Shown in pieces: positions 1 to 9,590 of a DNA stretch of 64,000 nt; positions within the stretch are counted from its first letter, which is position 1; each line of letters starts with the position of its first letter. This DNA is from an uncultured Chloroflexia bacterium (GTDB lineage Bacteria; Chloroflexota; Limnocylindria; QHBO01), in assembly GCA_963771155.1 (NCBI GenBank), contig CAVYSK010000007.1, forward strand, positions 85,128 through 149,127, read 5' to 3'. The position numbers and the translations under genes are program-made. The notes below the pieces were generated by a model. That model did no database searches. It had not been told where the DNA came from and saw only the letters and a list, made by a program, of their open reading frames with translations.

Positions 1-738
1 TCAGCCGCCGAGCGCCGAGCGCACGGCCTCGGCGACGCGGATGAAGATCGGGGCCAGCACCAGCGCCGGCAGGAAGTTCGCAACCCTGACCTGCTTGAGA
101 TCCAGCAGCCGCAGCGCGACGCCGAGCAGGATGATTCCGCCTGCCGAGCTGATGGCCAGGATCGTCCGGGCGTCCATCACGTCGCTGAGCAGGAATGCGG
201 CGCCGGCGATGGTGCCCTGCACCACCAGCACGGTGATCGCGGATAGCGCCACACCGGGGCCGAGGGCGGCTGCGAAGGCGATGCTGGCGACGCCGTCGAG
301 GAGGGACTTGATGGCGAGCAGCCGCACGTCGCCGGTCAGGCCGTTCTCGAGCGATCCGAGGATCGTGAGCGGCCCGACGCAGAACACCAGGCTCGCGGTC
401 ACGAAGCCCTCCGCGATGCGGCTCGGCCGCTCGTCGCTGGCCAGCCTGCGCTGGAACCAGCCACCCAGCCATTCGAGCCCGTCGTGGAGACGCAGCGCCT
501 CGCCGATGGCAACGCCCGCAAGGACCGCGGCCAGCACCGCGAGGTCGTCACCGGGCTCCGACAGCGGGTCGGTGAAGATGGCCAGGCCCATGCTGATCGC
601 GATCAGGATGGTGAAGAAGCCCAGCCCGGTGGTCAGGCTGTCCTGCATCCGCGCCGGCATGCGCGCGCCGATGAGGAGGCCGATGACCGTCCCGACAAGG
701 ACGGCCGCCACGTTGAGCAAGGTGCCGGTGAGGAACAC
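1..738 (-). CDS. DUF554 family integral membrane protein
   Basis: Last 245 codons of track ORF 1..1314 encode a hydrophobic multi-TM protein beginning VFLTGTLLNVAAVLVGTVIG (DUF554/YdfK-YqgA-like). GTG at 736-738, TGA at 1-3. The Arg/Gly-rich upstream 190 aa of the track ORF look like a high-GC open-frame artefact. Confidence 0.75.
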   Translation of the reverse strand: MFLTGTLLNVAAVLVGTVIGLLIGARMPARMQDSLTTGLGFFTILIAISMGLAIFTDPLSEPGDDLAVLAAVLAGVAIGEALRLHDGLEWLGGWFQRRLASDERPSRIAEGFVTASLVFCVGPLTILGSLENGLTGDVRLLAIKSLLDGVASIAFAAALGPGVALSAITVLVVQGTIAGAAFLLSDVMDARTILAISSAGGIILLGVALRLLDLKQVRVANFLPALVLAPIFIRVAEAVRSALGG

Positions 739-1786
739 GTCGGCGTCAGTCCGCGCCCGGCCAGGGAAAGCACCTCGACCGTCGCGCTGGCGGTGAGCAT
801 CGGCTCGGGTCCGCCGAGCAGGACGTAGGCGAGCCCGTCGACGACCGCAGCCCCATGGCCGTGGTGTGGCTCGAGCAGCTCCGGCAGGGTCGTGATCGCG
901 CCGTCCGCGCCGATGCACTCGACCGTGGTGTAGGCCCGGTCCGGCGCCTCGCCGCCAGTCAGGCAGGCACCCAGCGCCGGGTCGAAGAAGGCTGCCACGC
1001 CGCCTCGCGGAGTCGGCAGTGAGTCGAGCATCGTGATGTCCGAGCCCGCCACCAGCTCGACGGTGGCCATGTTCGAGTCGAGGCCGCTCGCGCGCCCGCC
1101 CAGGAGCCACGTGCGTCCCTCGAGGTCGCTGGCGGCGGCGAAGTGCTCCCGCGGGGTGGCCATGGCGCCGATGCGGTCCCAGGCCTCGCCTGTGAGCCCA
1201 TAGACGTCGGCGTGAACCCCGTCGCCGACCCCGCCCGCGTACACGACCCGCTCTCCGTCCCAGGCTGCGGCGCCGGCCGCCCGCGCGGCCGGGAGCGGTG
1301 GACCCTCGGTCCACGCGCCCTCGTCATCGGCCAGGACGAGAACGAGGTCCGTCGGGCGGTTGAACTCCGATCCAAGGTATCCGCCGATCAGCAGCAGCCG
1401 ATCTCCGTCCGACACGAGGGCGGCATGGTGCACGGACGCGGGCAGAGGCGGACCATCGGTCCATGCCCCGCTGGCCGGGTCGAAGACCTCGACGTCGGTC
1501 AGGGCCTCGCCGAACGGCGACAGCCCGCCGGCGAGCCAGATCCGGCCGTCGTGAGCCGCCACGGCCATCTCGAGCCGGGCGAATGGCGCGTCCTCGAGGC
1601 GTTCCCAGCCGTGGCCCCGGCGCTGGCCGCGGCCGGCGGCGCGTCAGTCGGCGACGCCGACGCTCCGGGCGGTGAGGGTGGATCGGCCGATGACGACGGG
1701 CTCGGCTCGTCGGTCGCGCATGCGGCGAGCACGGCGACCCCGAGCAGCGCGGCGGCCACGGTCTGACGGCGACGAGCGCGGGTCAT
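633..1786 (-). pseudogene. Kelch-repeat lipoprotein with interrupted reading frame (signal peptide and repeat domain in different frames)
   Basis: ATG 1784-1786 opens MTRARRRQTVAAALLGVAVLAAC (lipobox-like) plus a Pro/Ser/Ala linker, in the frame of ORF 1499..5275. The Kelch-type repeats (GRIWLAGG, RLLLIGG, RVVYAGG, TWLLGG) lie in the frame of ORF 633..1568. That frame is open back to a TGA at 1644-1646 with no start codon before 1568. One indel around 1620-1650 would join the two parts. The 3' end overlaps the DUF554 start by about 105 nt unless another indel sits near 750. Confidence 0.6.
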
Positions 1787-4700
1787 GCATCGTAGGGTAC
1801 CGGCCGCTTGGTCCTGCGGTTCACCGGCCCGATCAACCGCCGGAGGCCGGCAGCGCCCAGGTCGTCCAGTAGCTGCCTCCAGCTCGGGCGAGGGCCGGGA
1901 CCCGGTGAGGCGGCACACGTCGGCGAGGCACAGCGCCAGGAGGCCGCGCAGCTCGAGGTCGCGCCATGCGGCGGCCGCGTCGGCGAACGGCTCGACGGCA
2001 TCAGTCGGCGACCCCAGGGCGCCCAGCCCTGCGCGCAGGGTCGCCACGTGTGCGCTGGCCGCCCGGCCATTGATGGCGAGCGCCTCGATCTCGGCCACGG
2101 TGGCAGCCGCGGCGTCGGCATCTGCGGACCACAGCTCGCATCGGGCCGCGAGGACCAATGCATTCAGCCGTTCCGCCCCGAGTACCACGGCGGCGGCCGC
2201 GCGAGCATCCGCCAATGCCGGGCCGAGCTTCCCGCCCGCGAAAGCCACCCAGGCCCTCCCCAGCGCGATCCCGCCCACGATCTGCTCGTCGAGGTCGTCC
2301 GGCAGCGGTTCCAGCGCTCGCAGACCGGCCATCGGCTTTCGGTCGCCGCGGAGCGCGCGGATGCCGGCCGTTGTGGCGGCGAGATTGATCCGGTTCGCCA
2401 GTGGCGTGGCGTCATGCATGAGGTCGTCGGCGGTGTCGATCGCCCACGCCCAGTCTCCAGTGTCCACGGCAGCGGCGCACGCCACCTCGGCCAGCTGACC
2501 GGCAAGCTCGCCGACGCCGAGGCTCGTGGCGATGTTCACCGCCTCGCGCGCCGTCTCCAAGGTCGCACGCGGATCGTCGACGACTGTCAGCCACGCGAGG
2601 TTGTTCCGGGCGCGGAGCTCGGTCGGTACGGCGCCGATGCGCCGGGACTCGGCGATCGCGTCCCGCAGGTCGCCCAGGCCGCCGTCCTCGTCGCCCATTC
2701 GGAACCGAGCGGTTCCGCGTGTCACCAAGAGGTCGACGGCGACCCCCGGAAGGTCGAGACGCTCCGCGGCCACGAGCGCTCGGGTCGCCCAGTCGAGCGC
2801 CGCCGGCTCGTCGCCGAGCAGGACGCGCGCCCGCGCCAGCTGCGCGGCAAGCTCGACGTTCGCCGCGTCGCGGCCGATGTCGCGAAACGCGCGGAGCGCG
2901 GACTCGAGCTCGGCCACCGCCGACTCGTTGCGCTGGGCGGTGAGGAGCATGCTGGCCAGCTTCGCCCGGGCGTGTGCCGCGTCGCGACGGCGTCCCCCGG
3001 CCGCCTGCAGGTCGACAAGCTCGCGAAGGTGGCTCTCGGCCAGGTCCAGGCGACCGGCTGCGGCCGCGGCGGTCGCCGCCTCGTCCAGCACGACGGCTCG
3101 CTGCTCGACAACGTCGGTGAGGCGGAGGGCATGCTCGAGATATCCGACCGCCCGCTGTGGCACATGCTGGTCCAGGGAGGTCGACGCCGCACGCCTGAGA
3201 GCGCCGACCGCGCGCCGCGCGATGCGGCTGGCGTCCGCATGGTCTGGCGCCAGGTCGTGGGCTGCGGTGAGGTGGCCGGCCAGGGACTCCGTCACGTCGT
3301 CGTCCACGACCGTGTCCAGCCATCGAGCCGCAGCCAGGTGGAAGGTTCGGCGCTCGCCACGTGACAGCGTCCGATAGGCGACCTCGCGCACGCCCTCCTG
3401 CACGAACGCCACCTCCGCGAGGGCGGGATCGGGCACGTCGTCACTCACGCTGAGCAGCTCGCGGCGGACGAGGGCGGCCACTCGGGCCTGAACGGAAGAG
3501 GCCTCGGCACCGATGGCCACCAGTGCCTCCACGCGAAACCGTCGCCCAAGGACGGCAGCGGCCATGAGCAGCCGCCGCTCGCCGGCGGGGAGCGCATCGA
3601 TGCGGGCGGCAATCAGGCCATGCAGCGAGTCAGGCACATCGATCTGTGGGATCCCACGTCCCCCGTCTCTCACCCGTCGACGGTCACCGGATCGCGCGCC
3701 GTCCGCGCGCCGTTCGTCGTCGAGCATGCGCACCACCTCGACCGCGTACAGTGGCACCCCGCCCGCGTGCTCGAGAATGCGGCGCTCGAGCGCCTCGGGC
3801 ATCCGCGGCGCGCGTTTTCGCAGCAGGCGCAGCATGGCTGCGTCGGAAAGCCGCTCGAGGTGCATCGCCGTGAAGCTGCCTGTGCCGGTGCCCCACGCGG
3901 GCCGCCGATCGAGCAGCTCCGGCCGCGCCAGCGTGATGATCAGGATCGGGTGGTGACGCGCCCATGCGCCGAGATGCTCGACGAAGTCGACCAGCGCCGG
4001 ATCGGCCCATTGGAGGTCCTCGAACACGAGAACGGCGGGCGTCGTGTCGGAGACGTGCTCGAAGAAGCGCCGCCAGGCGGCGAACAGTTCGGCGCGGTCA
4101 TAGTCCGTGAGCGGCTCGCCTCCCAGCAGCGCCGCGACGCGCGGCTCCAGCCAGCGTCGTTCGTCGTGCTCGCGAACGAGCTGGACGAGCGCCGATGCGA
4201 GCTGACGACGCGCGATGTCAGGCGCGGTGCCCTCTGGAGCCTGGATCCGGTGTCGCACCATCTCGCCCACGGCCGCGAACGTGATCTCGTCGCCGTACGC
4301 CGGCGCGCGGCCGGCGTGCCAGGCGATCAGCTCGGGCCGCGAGTCCAGTGACCGGTACAGCTCCCAGGCCAGGCGGCTCTTGCCGATTCCCGCGACGCCG
4401 GTGATCGACACCAGGCGACATCTGCGATCCCGGACCACGCCGTCGTACAGGGAAAGGAGCTCGCGAAGCTCGCGATCGCGGCCCGCGAGCGGGCCCGTGT
4501 GGGACCCGCGGGCCGGGGCCGTGGCGGGTGCGGGCTCGGCGAGGCGCCACGCGACGACCGGCGCCGTGCGTCCCTTCAGCTCGAGTGGAGCCATCGGCTC
4601 GTACGAGGCCGCGGTAATGGCAAGCGACCTCGTGGCATCGTCGACCAGCACGCCCGAGGGAGGCGCCATCGACTGAAGCCGAGCCGCGACGTTGACGAGG

Positions 4701-5275
4701 TCCCCGGCCACCATGCCCTGTCCCATCGCCCCGATCGTGACGGCCGCCTCGCCGGTCGTGATGCCGGCCCGCGCGGTCAGCCCGGTGCGGGCCGCGACCC
4801 CTCCGAGGCGGCTGACTGCGTCCAACAGTGCAATCGCGCATCGGACGGCCCGGTCGGCATCGTCCTCGTGAGCGACGGGCGCTCCCCAGACCGCCATGAC
4901 CGCGTCGCCGATGAACTTCTCGACCGTGCCGCCATAGCGGTTGATGGCGGCCCGCGCGGTGTCGAAGTAGCGCGACTGGAAGGCGCGCACCTCCTCTGGA
5001 TCGAGCGACTCGGCGAGTGCGGTGAAGCCCTCCAGATCGACGAACAGGACCGAGACCCGACGCCGCTCGGCGATCGGCGCCTCGAGGGTGGGGCCGATGG
5101 CGTCCGCCGCTGGAGCCGCGTCAGGTTCGACCGATGCGCCGCAGGACGTGCAGAAGCGCAGGCCAAGTGGGACGGTCGCGTTGCATGCCGGGCAGCTGGT
5201 CGCGACGCGGGCGCCGCACGAGCCGCAGAATCGCGACGACTCCGGGCTATCGAATCCGCAGGCTTCGCAGTGCAT
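1783..5275 (-). CDS. Zinc-ribbon / class III adenylate cyclase / P-loop NTPase / TPR-like multidomain regulator (3' end probably shifts frame)
   Basis: N-terminal double zinc ribbon (CEACG..CGSCG..CPACN..CTSCG). Cyclase homology domain with canonical residues (VLFVDLEGFT, EKFIGDAVMAVWG, GDLVNVAARL). P-loop GVAGIGKS, followed by a long helical repeat region. The track frame has no stop before the next gene. The alternative frame (ORF 1783..2163) ends ..WRQLLDDLGAAGLRRLIGPVNRRTKRPVPYDA-TGA, and that TGA overlaps the downstream ATG (ATGA at 1783-1786). A frame switch near 1880-1920 is therefore likely. Confidence 0.8.
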
Positions 5276-5300
5276 CGGGCCCTGGCGGCCGATCAGCCGG

Positions 5301-5660
5301 TCAGGTCTCCTTGTCGATCGTCATCGAGACGTCTCCGGTGTCTCCCTCGACGGTCGCCTTGGCCCTGATGATCCTGTAGTTCAGGCCGCGCTCGTGATGG
5401 AAGACCGTGGTCGTCACGCGCGACCCCTCGTGGACATCGTCAATCCCATGCTCGATCAGGAAGGCAAGGGGCTGGTGGATGAGCTGCTCTGCCTCGGGTG
5501 AGCTGCTCTTCACCTTGATGATGTACGACCTCGACGGATCGTTCTCGAGGCGATGCTGATCCTCGGGGTGCAGCGCCCCGACCTCCGTCCAGACGTTGAA
5601 GTCCTCGTCGTGATGAGGGCTGTAGTCAACGTCCAGGTAGCCCCCTCCGTTTTCCACCAT
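5301..5660 (-). CDS. Hypothetical acidic 119-aa protein
   Basis: Intact ORF with coding-like codon usage but visibly lower GC than its neighbours. It ends 25 nt upstream of the cyclase regulator on the same strand. No family recognised. Confidence 0.5.
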   Translation of the reverse strand: MVENGGGYLDVDYSPHHDEDFNVWTEVGALHPEDQHRLENDPSRSYIIKVKSSSPEAEQLIHQPLAFLIEHGIDDVHEGSRVTTTVFHHERGLNYRIIRAKATVEGDTGDVSMTIDKET

Positions 5661-5762
5661 GCCAGGGGTCCTCCGTGCAGGCCGCGATCATAGGCGTAGC
5701 CACGTTCAGCGCCTACCCCCAAAGCGGCCTCGCCCGGACTCGCCTGCTAGGATCGGTAGCCG

Positions 5763-7262
5763 ATGACGACCCCCAACGTCGACGATCGACCGATGCGGGT
5801 GCGGATGGCACCCAGCCCGACCGGTCCGCTCCACATCGGCACAGCGCGCACCAGCCTGTACAACTTCCTGACCGCGCGCCATGCCGGAGGCACGTACGTG
5901 CTGCGTATCGAGGACACCGACGTCGCGCGCAGCACCGCCGAGTTCGAGCGCGACATCATCGACAATCTCCACTGGCTGGGCATCAGCTGGGACGAGGGGC
6001 CCCAGGTAGCCGGGGGCGAGGACGTCGGGGAGTCCGGGCCATACCGGCAGAGCCAGCGCATGGAGCTCTACGCGAGCGAGGCGCGTCGGCTGCTGGAGAG
6101 CGGGGCGGCGTATCGGTGCTGGTGCACCCCGGAGGAGCTCGAGGGCGTCCGCCGCCAGCAGGAGGCAGCGAAGGAGCCGCCGCGCTACAACGGTCGCTGC
6201 CTGACCCTGACCGATGCGGAGCGGACCGCCTTCGAGTCCGAGGGCCGCGCAGCCGTCGTGCGCCTGAAGGTCGAGCCGGAGGTGATCCGCTTCGACGACC
6301 TGATCCGCGGCGAGGTCGAGTTCGACAATGCGCTGCTCGGCGACTTCGTCATCGTCCGCGGCAACGGCGTGCCCCTCTACCACTTCGTGGTCGTGGTCGA
6401 CGACGAGGCGATGGAGATCACACACGTCATCCGCGGCGAGGATCATCTCAGCAACACGCCGAAGCACATCGCGCTGATCCGCGCCCTCGGCTACCGCGAG
6501 CCGCGGTTCGGGCACATCCCGCTGATCCTCAACTCGGATCGCACGAAGATGAGCAAGCGGAAGTCGCAGACCGCCATCACCGCCTACCGCGAGGAGGGCT
6601 ACCTGCCGGAGGCGGTGGTGAATTTTCTCGCCTTCCTGGGCTGGTCGCCGGGCACCGAGGAGGAGATCTTCACCCTCGACGAGCTCGTGGGGCGGTTCGA
6701 CATCGCGAAGGTCCACAAGGGCGGCGCGATCTTCGACCCGGACCGCCTCGATCACCTGAACGGCGTCTACATCCGAGCCCTGTCCGATGAGCAGCTCGCC
6801 TTGCGACTGCGCCAGTGGATCCCGGCGGCGGTCGCCGATGCGGACCTGCTGCGCATGGTCCCGCTCGTGAAGGAGCGGCTCGCGAAGCTCGCCGATGCGC
6901 CCGGCCTGCTCGGCTTCGTGTGGGAGCCGGACGACATCGTGGCCAGCTGGTACGCGCCGGAGCTCCTGGTCCCGAAGAAGGGGGGCCCCTCCGAGGCCCG
7001 GGTTGCGCTGGAGCGCGCGACCGAGGTGCTCGCAGAGCTCGACGCTGCCGACTTCAGCGCTGATCTCGTCGAGCAGCGCTGCCGCACCGCGGCCGAGGCG
7101 GCCGGCATGAAGGCGGGCGACTTCTTCACTCCCATCCGGGTGGCGGTCACCGGGCGGACCGTCTCGCCGCCCCTCTTCGACTCGCTCGAGCTGCTCGGGC
7201 GCGACCGGTCCCTCGCGCGCATCCGGATCGCGCGCGACAAGCTCGCGGCGGTGCCGGCATGA
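5763..7262 (+). CDS. gltX: Glutamate--tRNA ligase
   Basis: Class I aaRS motifs PSPTGPLHIGTART (HIGH) and KMSKRK (KMSKS). Full-length 499 aa. A TAGGAT box lies 9 nt upstream of the ATG. Confidence 0.95.
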   Translation: MTTPNVDDRPMRVRMAPSPTGPLHIGTARTSLYNFLTARHAGGTYVLRIEDTDVARSTAEFERDIIDNLHWLGISWDEGPQVAGGEDVGESGPYRQSQRMELYASEARRLLESGAAYRCWCTPEELEGVRRQQEAAKEPPRYNGRCLTLTDAERTAFESEGRAAVVRLKVEPEVIRFDDLIRGEVEFDNALLGDFVIVRGNGVPLYHFVVVVDDEAMEITHVIRGEDHLSNTPKHIALIRALGYREPRFGHIPLILNSDRTKMSKRKSQTAITAYREEGYLPEAVVNFLAFLGWSPGTEEEIFTLDELVGRFDIAKVHKGGAIFDPDRLDHLNGVYIRALSDEQLALRLRQWIPAAVADADLLRMVPLVKERLAKLADAPGLLGFVWEPDDIVASWYAPELLVPKKGGPSEARVALERATEVLAELDAADFSADLVEQRCRTAAEAAGMKAGDFFTPIRVAVTGRTVSPPLFDSLELLGRDRSLARIRIARDKLAAVPA

Positions 7263-8008
7263 TGATGGACGACCTGCCGGCCGGCGCCGAGGCGGTGCGC
7301 CTCGACGCGCTGATCGACGCCGAGCTGCTCATCCCGATTCGCTCCTCGTCCGGCGAAACGCCCGATTCCGCGCTGCTTGACACCGACGCCTTCCGGCATG
7401 GCACCGACGAGGACGGTGGCCGCTTCGTCGCGGCGTTCACCGCACCGGAGACGCTGGCCGACTACGGGCCGCCGGGCAGCGATCACGTCCGCATGCCCGC
7501 ACGCGACCTGTTCGAACGGGCCGATGCGGCCCACGAGCGGGTGGTGGTCGATCCCGGCGCACCGACCCAGGTCGCGATCTCGACGGGCCTCCTGGCGTTC
7601 CTGGCAGCCGGGATCGATCCGAACCGGCCCGATGCACTGCGCGCCCGGAGCCCGCTCGGCGCCCTGGCCACGCTCGAGGCGCCGGAACAGATCCCCGACC
7701 CGTTCGGGCGTGAGCTGCACGCCGCGCTCGGCGACCTGCCGAAGGTCGAGCGCGCCTGGCTGTTGCGCGCCGGAACGGCCTGGACGGCCGGTATCGAGCT
7801 GGCTCCCGACGCCGTCCTCGGAGACTTCGACGCGGTCCGCAACCGGCTCCATGCGGTCGCTACCGAGCACCTCGGGTCGCGCCGGCTGCTGGCCGTGACC
7901 GACCTCCGCGCGCCGGCACTGCGCGACATGTACGACGCCACGGCGGCACCGTTCTACGTGCGGCGCGACCAGCAGAAGGGGATCTTCGGGCGCCTGTTCG
8001 GCGGCTGA
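7259..8008 (+). CDS. SseB-like family protein
   Basis: 249 aa. The ATG overlaps the gltX stop (ATGA). Two-part layout with ..GGRFVAAFTAPETLADYGP.. and a C-terminal ..VERAWLLRAG.. segment resembles SseB/SseB_C proteins. Recognition is by eye only. Confidence 0.55.
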   Translation: MMMDDLPAGAEAVRLDALIDAELLIPIRSSSGETPDSALLDTDAFRHGTDEDGGRFVAAFTAPETLADYGPPGSDHVRMPARDLFERADAAHERVVVDPGAPTQVAISTGLLAFLAAGIDPNRPDALRARSPLGALATLEAPEQIPDPFGRELHAALGDLPKVERAWLLRAGTAWTAGIELAPDAVLGDFDAVRNRLHAVATEHLGSRRLLAVTDLRAPALRDMYDATAAPFYVRRDQQKGIFGRLFGG

Positions 8009-8023
8009 CGCGAGCGGGGCTCC

Positions 8024-9058
8024 TCAGGGGACGAGGACGATACGGCCCTCGACCTCGCCATTGCGCAGCTTCGCGTGCGCCTGTGGCGCATCGACCAGGT
8101 CCATGACCTCGACCGACCACGACAGGCGTCCGCGACGCGCCAGGCGGACCACGTCGCGCAGATCCGCCGGCGAGCCCCAGGCCACGGTCGACAGCCACGC
8201 TTCGATCGTGGGGCGCTGCATCCCGAACGCGAGCTCACCGCCGGCCTCGCCGACCAGCAGGACGAGGCCGCCCGGCGCCACGACGTCCGCGGCGTGAGCG
8301 AGCGTGCCGTTCGTGCCGACGAAGTCGAGCACGACGTTGGGACGGCCGCCGAGCCCCTCGATCGTGAGCTCGGGTCCGACGTCCAGCAACCCGACGTCGG
8401 CACGCAGCTCCGCGGCGCGCTCGAGGCGACGCGGATCCAGCTCGCGCACACCGATGAGCAGGTCGCGGCCGCCCCGCGGCATCAGCCTGAGCAGCTGCAA
8501 TGCGAACTGGCCGAGCGCGCCGGCGCCGATGACGAGCACCCGCGCGCCGGGCAGGAGCCACGGCATCGCGCGGCGGACGGCGCGGAGGGGTGTGATCCCG
8601 GCATCCGCCAGGGGAGCGGCCCGCGCCGGATCGAGGTCGGCCAGCGCGACGAGGTGGCGCGGATGGGGAACGAGCATCGCGTCGGCATAGCCGCCGTCGG
8701 CCTGGAAGCCGGGCGCGACCGATTCCTCGCAGCGCTGCTCGTCACCCGCCAGGCACTCGTGGCACGCACCGCAGCCCCAGCCACCGTGGACGACGACCGG
8801 ATCGCCGGCTCCGATCCGCGCCCGACGCAGCGGTCGCCCGGCGTCCGGCCCGATGGCGTCGATCCAGCCGGCGACCTCGTGGCCCAACGTGCGCGGCAGC
8901 TCGACCCGCGCCTGGATGCCGTCCACGATGTGCAGGTCGGTGTGACATACGCCGGCGCCCGCGACGCGAATGCGGACCTCCGTACCGGTCGGCTCCGGGA
9001 GCGGGACGTCCTCCAGGCGCAGCTCCTCGCCGGGGGCGTGGAGCCGGACGGCGCGCAT
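8024..9058 (-). CDS. Zinc-dependent alcohol dehydrogenase (MDR family)
   Basis: GAGVCHTDLH zinc-ADH signature, second zinc-loop cysteines (CGACHEC), Rossmann VIGAGALG. 344 aa. Confidence 0.9.
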   Translation of the reverse strand: MRAVRLHAPGEELRLEDVPLPEPTGTEVRIRVAGAGVCHTDLHIVDGIQARVELPRTLGHEVAGWIDAIGPDAGRPLRRARIGAGDPVVVHGGWGCGACHECLAGDEQRCEESVAPGFQADGGYADAMLVPHPRHLVALADLDPARAAPLADAGITPLRAVRRAMPWLLPGARVLVIGAGALGQFALQLLRLMPRGGRDLLIGVRELDPRRLERAAELRADVGLLDVGPELTIEGLGGRPNVVLDFVGTNGTLAHAADVVAPGGLVLLVGEAGGELAFGMQRPTIEAWLSTVAWGSPADLRDVVRLARRGRLSWSVEVMDLVDAPQAHAKLRNGEVEGRIVLVP

Positions 9059-9071
9059 CGGCTCCGTGCGG

Positions 9072-9590
9072 TCAGCCGGGAGTGGAGGCGTCTCCGGTCA
9101 CGGCCGGGATCGGCTCCGAGAGGGCGCGCATCACCAGGTCGACCAGCGCACCCGGCTCGACCGGATCGAGAACGGCCCGAATGGTCCCGTCCGCATCCAC
9201 GGCAACGCCGATCGGCCGGGCGACATTCACGTTGGCGCCCTCAGCGGTCGTCTCGATGCCGAGGACGCTGACGGCGCTGCGCCGCTCGTCACTGAGGAGG
9301 AGGAACGGCAGCTCGTGCTTCGCCACGTAGTCCGACTGCTGCTGCTCGGAGTCGGTGCTGATGCCGGCCACCGCGATGCCGGCCTCGCGCAGCCGCGCAT
9401 GGCCCTCGACGAGTGCCTCGATCGCCTTCGTGCCCTTGCGGCGCGCAGCCGCGGTCAGCGTGGGTGCGCCGAAGAACAGGAGCAGCGCTGGCTGCTTCGT
9501 GACGAAGCTGCGGAGGTTGAGCAGGTAGCCGTCGGTCGCGCGCAGCCCGACCGACGGAAGGGCGTCGCCGACCTTGACCTTCAGGCTCAT
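9072..9590 (-). CDS. Peroxiredoxin/AhpC-TSA-fold protein lacking any cysteine
   Basis: Bcp-like layout (..ALLLFF.., ..AGIAVAGISTDS.., ..HELPFLLLSD..). The TPGCT active-site segment is replaced by GAPTLTAAARRKGT, and the 172-aa protein contains no Cys at all. Confidence 0.7.
   Translation of the reverse strand: MSLKVKVGDALPSVGLRATDGYLLNLRSFVTKQPALLLFFGAPTLTAAARRKGTKAIEALVEGHARLREAGIAVAGISTDSEQQQSDYVAKHELPFLLLSDERRSAVSVLGIETTAEGANVNVARPIGVAVDADGTIRAVLDPVEPGALVDLVMRALSEPIPAVTGDASTPG

Noticed and set aside
1-1314. 437-aa version of the first ORF, and the N-terminal extensions of ORFs 13759..15951, 19065..20600, 33829..35142, 43780..44781 and 61786..62763.
   Set aside because: The extensions are Arg-rich, overlap neighbouring genes, and the recognisable family sequence begins at an internal ATG or GTG, often with an SD or a 4-nt overlap with the upstream stop.
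1783-5275. Cyclase genes (also 19362..20600) as Pycsar/CBASS-type antiphage signalling systems.
   Set aside because: The architectures (cyclase + NTPase + TPR; cyclase + REC + HTH) are regulatory. No adjacent cNMP-activated effector (TIR, TM, nuclease, patatin) is present, and there is no mobile-element or defence-island context.
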